Shown piece by piece: positions 57,109-64,000 of a stretch of DNA of 64,000 bases. Every line of letters begins with the position of its first letter. Positions within the stretch are counted from its first letter, which is position 1. The DNA comes from a virus, in IMG/VR virus record IMGVR_UViG_3300005732_000005, positions 64,001 to 128,000 of that record; one strand, given 5' to 3'. The notes under the pieces are model-generated. The model ran no database searches. It saw nothing but the letters and a program-made list of their open reading frames with translations, and was not told where the DNA came from. The position numbers and the translations under genes are program-made.

Positions 57109-58812
57109 TTACATTCCCAAAGCTGTCATAAACATTCGGAAAATAAAGGATGCCACAACTAAAAATACCACTATCACTACAGGTAGTGCAAAGAATAAAA
57201 TAAATGTAGTACACACCTTATCACTTAAATTATCTTCGTTGTGGTAACTTATAACTAAGCATATACAAAACCATACGCAACCTATAATAGCAATACTTTG
57301 CTCATCCATCACACAACCTCCAACCTATTCACTTCAGCAAGCTTCTCTTTTGCATCTTCAACCTCTTGTTCAAGTTCACGGATCTCTAACTTCAGATTAC
57401 GAACCTTGTCAGCATATGTATCAATAGTGAAACGACAACGTTGTGTGATACGAATCTTCTCTTCTTTGGTGATAGTTTTAACATTACTCATCAAATCTCT
57501 CCCTCTTTAATCATCTTAACGATTTTACTAATTTCTGCAGCAATTCCTGTTTCTGGCAGGGTGTCTGTATTATGGATAAGCTCACCATCTCGGTATACAT
57601 ATAAACAATGACCATATTGCTGAATGACACAATCCTTATAAATTTGAATATTGTGCATCTACCTTCCCTCCTCAAAACGTTCTTCCGAAATAACACCTAT
57701 ATCACTATTCATACACTCCAAAACTACCTCACTAGGATAATGTCCATGAGTAGATTTAAAATCCTCTTGAACACTTACTCTCAGCCAATCCTTTGCAAGA
57801 GCTTCACCTTTATCAGTCCACTTCTGAGGAGGTAACTCTACCTCAATCCCAATCTTCTTGTCAACAACTTTCACTTTAAAAATATATTCTTTCACACATC
57901 CTCCTCAAACCCTCTCAAACACTCCTGACGCTTCTTATGTTTCTTTAAGGAACGTTCGTCCTTTCCACAAGAGATATCCTCTCCAGAAGCTTCCTGCTTA
58001 CTAGAATTAATCTTTTCTAGTATGTTTTCCTTAAAAGGTTTATATGTATCCCCTTGTTCAGCCATCCCTGCCAAATAAATCATCCCTTTCTTAGACAACA
58101 CTTTCAGCATCTCATATTGCCAAGCGTTATACTTTCTTTTGAGGTAGGACATTATTTGCAAGTTCTTCTTTGCAATAGAAAGTTGACTCTTGAGAGCAGT
58201 GTTATCTTCTTCAAGTTCACGGATTCTCTCTAGGTAATGTTCGTTCTTCATAGACATACTCATTCTCCTACAATTTAATTGTTTCAAGGTTATTTGTCTT
58301 CAATTTACGCATCAGTTCTTCAAATGTCAAGTCCGAAAGTTCATCCCCATCAGGGTTTATTTTCTTGAGCTTATCTTCTGAACAAGCGATAATATTCCCC
58401 TCTTTAGTTGTGAATGGTAAGAACCAACCAAATTCGTAATCGTTTTTTAACGGGTTATAATATTTACTAGATTCATTCAGTACAAACCTCTTACCTAACA
58501 AACTCTTGTTTTTGTGCTGATGAACATAAATAATCTCCACCAAATCACCTTTCTTGAATTTCATTATTTCTTCCTCCAAAGTTTCTTATTTTGTTGCTGC
58601 TTCACCCAAAAATGTTCTTCTTCTAGTATACCGTCTTTTGGTAGAAGGAGTGTAACCGAGTCACATATCAATCCTTCTTCAGGAATACCTACAACCACTA
58701 CCTCTTTTCCCGCAACCTTTAGTGCAGTAATAATATCTTCTGAGTAAACAACATCCTCATCTGCTGTAAAACTTACATAAATCTTTTCTTCGTACATAAT
58801 TATTTCCTCCAA
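57109..58812 (-). other. Run of small early genes (57109-57312 membrane, 57309-57494, 57659-57895, 57892-58287, 58268-58579, 58564-58812)
   Basis: Tightly packed ORFs with GGAGG RBSs behind TTGACA promoter at 58850-58855. Confidence 0.55.
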
Positions 58813-58819
58813 TCAACTT

Positions 58820-58975
58820 GCCAACAAATCTATCTCACAAATATTCCTGTGTCAAATATTATTTTCGGTAAACTTTAATTTACTTATAAATGTTTTGTAA
58901 GAGGTATTCCTCTTAAAGTAAAATATATTTTCCCAAGTAAAGTTGTTGACAAGGAGAATATGTTTGGTAAGATGT
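58820..58975. promoter_or_regulatory. Divergent sigma70 early promoters at strand switch
   Basis: TTGACA on - (58850-58855) and + (58946-58951), both with A/T-rich upstream tracts and GAATAT in the spacer. Confidence 0.7.
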
Positions 58976-59006
58976 GTCTTGTTGAAACGAATTAGGAGAG
59001 TAAATA

Positions 59007-59405
59007 ATGATGAATAAACAATTAATACACAACAGCATACAGTGCCCTGATGGAACTATCCTTGTGTCTAAACACAGGTATGATTTTAAACAGCACATTC
59101 AAGAAGATGGAAGAGAGTACTTTGTAGATGGAGGAGTAGATTATCAAAGAGTAGGTCACTCCGATGACGAGTGGATTAATCTATCAGTGTATGTAGGTGA
59201 TGCACATGGCAAAATTAGAGAAGTTTTCACTTGGACTAGACAACTAGACGCCAACGGAAATGTATTACCAGAACCAGAAGTTGTTTTATTAAAAGATATT
59301 ACTGATGACCACCTGAACGCTTTGGTAGAATGGACTCTTGACGGATATCCTGATTATATCAATAGTGTTTTTGTTGAAGAAGTTAACTGGAGAAAGGGAG
59401 AATAA
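59007..59405 (+). CDS. Hypothetical phage protein
   Basis: AGGAG RBS; NSIQC...SKHRYDF...VDGG.DY.R. Confidence 0.7.
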   Translation: MMNKQLIHNSIQCPDGTILVSKHRYDFKQHIQEDGREYFVDGGVDYQRVGHSDDEWINLSVYVGDAHGKIREVFTWTRQLDANGNVLPEPEVVLLKDITDDHLNALVEWTLDGYPDYINSVFVEEVNWRKGE

Positions 59406-59408
59406 GTA

Positions 59409-59816
59409 ATGAATATCAAAGAATTTTACACAGCAAATTTTAAGCAACAAGTGGAAGAAAGAAATAAACCTATCGACACAACTCAGCTTCAATTAGATAG
59501 TGTCCAACTATTTATGGAACAACTTGGGTATAAATTGCACCACCCTCAAAAAGATTACCCTTCTCTATGGAAAGGTTTTATTAGAAAGGTTGATATTGAA
59601 GGCGTGTTGTTACCAAAGTGCCTGAGTTTTCAATACACCTGTCGTTTACATAACGCTGTTACAGAGAAAGAGTACCAGTTTACAGGTGCAGTAGCTAATT
59701 TCCCTGTAAACGTACTTATTTCCGCTTGCAAAGCTAAATTAGTTGAAAAAGTTTATTTACAACGAAAAGGTAAAAGTGTTAAAGTACAACAACATTGGGT
59801 AAAATTAGTAGATTAG
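59409..59816 (+). CDS. Hypothetical protein
   Basis: GGAG RBS. Confidence 0.6.
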   Translation: MNIKEFYTANFKQQVEERNKPIDTTQLQLDSVQLFMEQLGYKLHHPQKDYPSLWKGFIRKVDIEGVLLPKCLSFQYTCRLHNAVTEKEYQFTGAVANFPVNVLISACKAKLVEKVYLQRKGKSVKVQQHWVKLVD

Positions 59817-59819
59817 GAG

Positions 59820-60047
59820 ATGCTTATTATGAGTAACAGGTTAGATATTAAGATTTTAGGTGTGACTGTATGACATCATTTCAATATGATCAGTGAACAT
59901 ACGAAAGATAAGGGTAATTTAGATTGGAACTTGTTAGTGAATAGTGGTACACAGATTGTAACAAGAGAAGTTTGGGGGCATACTTATGAAATTGTTTTTA
60001 GTTATTGCCCTTATGAGGAAATTCTTATAGCAGAGTGTGTAAGATGA
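59820..60047 (+). pseudogene. Small gene interrupted by an in-frame TGA
   Basis: AGGAG RBS; single TGA at 59871; frame continues to ATGA overlap with next gene. Confidence 0.5.
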
Positions 60048-60256
60048 AAATTAAACAAACATACGTCAGAACCTTTAACCCTGCAGAAGCCTCCTATGCA
60101 AGTATCAGGACTGCAGCATGGTATCCTGTCACAAAAGCTGGTGTTTGGGGTGGAGGTAGAATAGTCAATAACAATGGCGAGGTATATTATATAGATTTGC
60201 ATAGTGTAGAAGTATGCCCTTATTGGGAAATTAAAACTGTGGAGGTGGAGTTGTGA
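60044..60256 (+). CDS. Hypothetical protein
   Basis: Overlapping stop/start on both sides. Confidence 0.5.
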   Translation: MKIKQTYVRTFNPAEASYASIRTAAWYPVTKAGVWGGGRIVNNNGEVYYIDLHSVEVCPYWEIKTVEVEL

Positions 60257-60768
60257 AAATGAAACACTTCCTTACAATATTACTTATCTTCTCAGGAATG
60301 TCTATGGCAAAAGATTGTTCTAAGTGGTATGATTTATCAGATGAACAAAGATATCGTCTCCAGTGGGCATATAGCTATGGTAAACAGTATGATCTAGGGT
60401 GGAGTATGTCTTCAATAGCGTGGCACGAATCTAAGGCAGGGGTGTATAAAGTCAACAGTAATTCTCAAGACTATGGCATCTTCCAAGTGAATATTACTAC
60501 GGCAAGCGACATCTTGGGGGTGTCAGGTTATTGGAATAAGCAAGCCCTTATTACAAGAATGGTTGTTGATGATGAGTTTAATGCTTACTTAGCTCTACAC
60601 GTATTGCAACATTTCCAGAAAACAAGAAAGTCTTGGAAGAGTGTTATTAGGTCATACAATGAAGGTAACAAATGGCTAAGGGATGAAAAATCTTCAAAGA
60701 AAAGTCTTGACTATTACCAAAAGATACGTAACAATGTGGTTACTTTGAGACAGTGTAGTGGATTTTAA
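60253..60768 (+). CDS. Lytic transglycosylase (SLT) with signal peptide
   Basis: IAWHES catalytic Glu; DYGIFQVN; SYNEG. Confidence 0.85.
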   Translation: MKMKHFLTILLIFSGMSMAKDCSKWYDLSDEQRYRLQWAYSYGKQYDLGWSMSSIAWHESKAGVYKVNSNSQDYGIFQVNITTASDILGVSGYWNKQALITRMVVDDEFNAYLALHVLQHFQKTRKSWKSVIRSYNEGNKWLRDEKSSKKSLDYYQKIRNNVVTLRQCSGF

Positions 60769-60852
60769 GGGGAGCAAATGTACCACTTAGCAATAAAACA
60801 ACTTTACAAACAACAATCTGAACAACAGAAAACTTTAGAGGAGAAATAACTT

Positions 60853-61209
60853 ATGGCGGATTATGATTACAACTTAGCAAAACAAACTATTCAGAAATAT
60901 TCAGACCTACTGGAAGAAGCATCGCTTGGTATGGCAGAAGATTGGTTTTGGACAGCAGAAACTGTTTACGAAGAAGGTGTGTTTAAAATTAATTTAGATG
61001 AAGAAAATCTAATGATTGCAGGTATCGGGGGATCTACTTGGGCAACACCTACATTAAGCTTAAAGTTTAAAGATGGCTCGGAAAAACTACTACCTTGTTA
61101 TACAGGTGAAACAGATATTACTAAACGTCCTGAATGGTTAGAATTAGGTTGTTTGTCACAGCCTTGCCAAGATGAAATGGATAAGAAGCTAGGTAAGTAC
61201 TTAAACTAA
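60853..61209 (+). CDS. Hypothetical protein
   Basis: GAGGAG RBS. Confidence 0.6.
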   Translation: MADYDYNLAKQTIQKYSDLLEEASLGMAEDWFWTAETVYEEGVFKINLDEENLMIAGIGGSTWATPTLSLKFKDGSEKLLPCYTGETDITKRPEWLELGCLSQPCQDEMDKKLGKYLN

Positions 61210-61223
61210 AGGAGAAATAGATT

Positions 61224-61478
61224 ATGGAATTCTTGAAATACCTGTACTTTAGTTTTAACCCTTTCCACAAACCAAGATTTAAAATTGGTGACAAGGTGCA
61301 AGAGAAGCCTAAGATTGTTTTTGAGGAGGAGGTTGTAGATTACAAAAAGATTCGCACAATAGCAAATATCTCCACTTGTGGAAAACATTATAAACTTTAT
61401 GATTTTATGGAATGTGAATCAAAATCTTCTGTAGCTTACACCGATGCAACACACCGACTAGTTGAGGAGGAGAAATAA
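61224..61478 (+). CDS. Hypothetical protein
   Basis: AGGAG RBS. Confidence 0.55.
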   Translation: MEFLKYLYFSFNPFHKPRFKIGDKVQEKPKIVFEEEVVDYKKIRTIANISTCGKHYKLYDFMECESKSSVAYTDATHRLVEEEK

Positions 61479-61479
61479 T

Positions 61480-61755
61480 ATGAATTTCAAAGAAAAACTG
61501 CAGTCAATCTACACAGCACCTTCTGAAGAAGAGATCCTTGATATGCAAGACTTTCTTCATCGACACGTAGAATATTGTTTTAAAGAGGGTGTTGATTCAA
61601 GAAGAATTCTTATTTCAAGTGAAGAATTTATGAGGAATGATATTGACTCGAAGAAGTTTATCAAGTATCTTGAACAGGAAGATATCGAGCACGAAGTTGG
61701 TAGGACAAATGCTTTGAGTAAAATTGAGAATGTTGTGATTGATTTGGAGGTGTAA
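61480..61755 (+). CDS. Hypothetical protein
   Basis: GAGGAG RBS before MNFKE. Confidence 0.55.
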   Translation: MNFKEKLQSIYTAPSEEEILDMQDFLHRHVEYCFKEGVDSRRILISSEEFMRNDIDSKKFIKYLEQEDIEHEVGRTNALSKIENVVIDLEV

Positions 61756-61758
61756 GAG

Positions 61759-62634
61759 ATGAGTACAGAGAAGAAATATTTATCAGATGGTCGTAAAGTT
61801 GTAGTTATTGGCTCTATCAACAAAACAGAATATATTGTGCAAGAGGTGTATGTTACTGAGGATGGTAGTGAGATCCCAAGTGGTGAAAACTTTACAGCAA
61901 AGAATCTTCTTGATGAACCAGCTAAATCTTGGAAAGAGAAAGAAGCTGAGAAAATTGAGAAACAATTAGAGGATTGGAAACTTGAGAAAAAGAAGCTTGA
62001 CACGGAGATCCGTAACCTTAAACAAAAGCGTCTTGCACATAGTACCTTATTACAATCAAATGAGAAGTTTTTAGAATTGTTCGAAGGTTGTGATACAGAA
62101 TTTATGGCTGACCTAATGACAGGTAATATGAAATATGTTATGCCTAAAGAGGATGCTTATTCACGTTTCGAAGTGAAAACTTTTGAAGAGGCAGTATATC
62201 GTTTTGAACGTCAATACTATGATGATGTTTATACTTTTGAAGGTATTCGTATGATTTCAGTAATGGCCGCTAAAGGAAGTAATTACCCTTCAGATAGAAA
62301 GTTTCATGCAAAGATTCACACTTACCAAGATGGTAGTGGTGGTAGTCGAGAACACGATTTCTTCAAGGACTTGGAATCTGTTAAAGAGGAACTTACTAAA
62401 CGTATGTATAACCTTTTAAAGGAACGTAACAAGAAGAGTGATAAACCTTCTGCAACCACGCCTCGGACAACATTAACCTTTAAAGAGATTGCTGATCTTG
62501 AAAAGTGGATTATTGTTCCAGAGGAACTAAAGGAAGCTTCTAAAGAAGAAGATGTTCGTTTGGCAAAGGTTCGTTATGAAGAAGCTATTAAACGTGCAGA
62601 GGAGCAGTTTAATAAAGAAATTGGGGAGGTGTAG
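61759..62634 (+). CDS. Hypothetical coiled-coil phage protein
   Basis: 291-aa ORF, GGAGG RBS. Confidence 0.65.
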   Translation: MSTEKKYLSDGRKVVVIGSINKTEYIVQEVYVTEDGSEIPSGENFTAKNLLDEPAKSWKEKEAEKIEKQLEDWKLEKKKLDTEIRNLKQKRLAHSTLLQSNEKFLELFEGCDTEFMADLMTGNMKYVMPKEDAYSRFEVKTFEEAVYRFERQYYDDVYTFEGIRMISVMAAKGSNYPSDRKFHAKIHTYQDGSGGSREHDFFKDLESVKEELTKRMYNLLKERNKKSDKPSATTPRTTLTFKEIADLEKWIIVPEELKEASKEEDVRLAKVRYEEAIKRAEEQFNKEIGEV

Positions 62635-62637
62635 AGT

Positions 62638-62904
62638 ATGTGGCTTAATTTATTTTTAATTTATGTTGGAAGTGTATTAATCTTGCTGGGGATGTTGAAA
62701 CTTAGTAATAATAGTGATACTTTCCGAGAGTGGAGTTGTATTGGTCATAACGATAATTATAATACGTTGGTTAATACTTCTCTTGTTCCTGTGATTAACA
62801 CTTTTATGTGCATAATTATTGTGATGGCAGCTTTAATTAATACAGCTTTCAAAAGTGGATTTGGTAGTAAGATTGGCAATTTTATTAAGAAGATTGTGGA
62901 GTGA
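62638..62904 (+). CDS. Membrane protein
   Basis: Two hydrophobic segments. Confidence 0.55.
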   Translation: MWLNLFLIYVGSVLILLGMLKLSNNSDTFREWSCIGHNDNYNTLVNTSLVPVINTFMCIIIVMAALINTAFKSGFGSKIGNFIKKIVE

Positions 62905-62946
62905 GTATGAACCTTTTAAACACATATAAAACTAATCTCTGCAGAA

Positions 62947-63870
62947 ATGCTTTGGAACACTGGAGGGTTTATGGCTACAAGTAAAGTATTTACTAAAGGG
63001 AAGAGATACTTCTCGGAAAAGTATGGTTGGGCACAGATTGTTGAGTACAGAGATAAGTATGACGTACTTATAAGATTTGATAGGACAGGTACTATATCTT
63101 CTGTAACTTGTGCTTCGTTAAGAGGGTGTTCTTTTCAGGATCTCAACCAACCTACCTTACTTGGTGTAGGTTACAGAGGTTATGGGAAGTACTCTACGAG
63201 AAGTTCTGATAAGAACGGTAAATCAAGTTCATACCTCTACTGGCAAAGGATGTTAAGACGTTGTTATGACCCCAAGTGTGCTGATTATAAAGATTATGGT
63301 GCGAAGGGTATTACTGTTTGTAAAGAGTGGCATAACTTTCAGAATTTTTCTGAGTGGTTTTATTCTCAAAAGAACCATACAAGGAAAGGTTACCATTTAG
63401 ATAAAGATCTAACTGTTAGAGGTAATAAGATCTATTGTGCAAAGGCTTGTAATTTAATACCCGCAGAGTTAAACATTATGAATATAGATAAGATTGCAAA
63501 AAAGTTTTCCGTTAGTTCAGCAGGTAATTACAGGTTCAGTTCTAGGGAAGGTGGGTATTACTCTTCTTACGAAGAGTGTAAAAAGGAGTATACTAAGTTT
63601 AAAAGAATTAAACTGGGAAACCTGATAATTAAAAACTATGAGGAAGGTTTGATACCTTATGAAGTTTACAAGAATCTTCTATTTATATTGAATGATAATT
63701 TTCCCTCTGAAAGTGTAGATGAGTTTTCTTTATGTAATATGGACACACCAGAAGATACGGTGAAAGATATTATAGATCTTTTACCAGAAGTTAATGCACC
63801 AGAGGGGTGTTACCATCTTTTGAATAAACTAGTGGGTAAGGTTGAATGGGATAACAAACATTATAAATAA
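62947..63870 (+). CDS. HNH-type homing endonuclease
   Basis: YWQRMLRRCY...ITVCKEWHNFQNF...LDKD...GNKIY...C. Confidence 0.8.
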   Translation: MLWNTGGFMATSKVFTKGKRYFSEKYGWAQIVEYRDKYDVLIRFDRTGTISSVTCASLRGCSFQDLNQPTLLGVGYRGYGKYSTRSSDKNGKSSSYLYWQRMLRRCYDPKCADYKDYGAKGITVCKEWHNFQNFSEWFYSQKNHTRKGYHLDKDLTVRGNKIYCAKACNLIPAELNIMNIDKIAKKFSVSSAGNYRFSSREGGYYSSYEECKKEYTKFKRIKLGNLIIKNYEEGLIPYEVYKNLLFILNDNFPSESVDEFSLCNMDTPEDTVKDIIDLLPEVNAPEGCYHLLNKLVGKVEWDNKHYK

Positions 63871-64000
63871 CCTCAAAAACTAATTGCTTTATTGAAAGAG
63901 GTTCTTCATACTAGAGTCTCTTTCTTAATAATACAATTCATAAATAGATAAGTTTTTACAGGAGAAAATTATGAAACAATTTAATGAAGATTTTTACACT

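Noticed and set aside
1-64000. CRISPR array, tRNA genes, reverse transcriptase/DGR, integrase
   Set aside because: No regularly spaced repeats, cloverleafs, YxDD RT or recombinase motifs noticed by eye; short or degenerate cases could be missed
1-64000. Genome-wide stop-codon reassignment
   Set aside because: Long genes are intact in the standard code and TAA, TAG and TGA all end genes; only one isolated in-frame TGA found

Overview
AT-rich segment of a lytic, contractile-tailed (myovirus-type) dsDNA phage, probably of a marine Gammaproteobacterium such as Vibrio (host is inference). Layout: 3' end of the major capsid gene; an ~10 kb fibre/decoration module (Calx-beta protein, repeat fibre with CBM5/12-like tip, three tandem tail-collar/HxH paralogues) followed by a 2OG-Fe(II) oxygenase; more small structural genes and a T5orf172/GIY-YIG endonuclease; a 10 kb minus-strand accessory block that includes an HTH + RHH + minimal T7-RNAP/PolA-fold polymerase cassette; neck, sheath, tube, chaperone (-1 frameshift), tape measure and baseplate genes; then a minus-strand replication arm (SSB-like protein, family A DNA polymerase, primase-helicase, RNase H) and divergent early genes. 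Highlights: (1) the DNA polymerase is split by two ORF-less group I introns at motifs B and C, one with a fully compensated non-canonical P7, and is followed by a free-standing, splicing-dead intein that keeps its LAGLIDADG nuclease motifs; (2) a second, minimal A-superfamily polymerase with its own regulators; (3) a 64-aa stand-alone PolA fingers-like protein; (4) a ~245-nt structured ncRNA candidate behind a TGTTATAAT promoter. All family calls are motif recognition by eye; no database searches were run.
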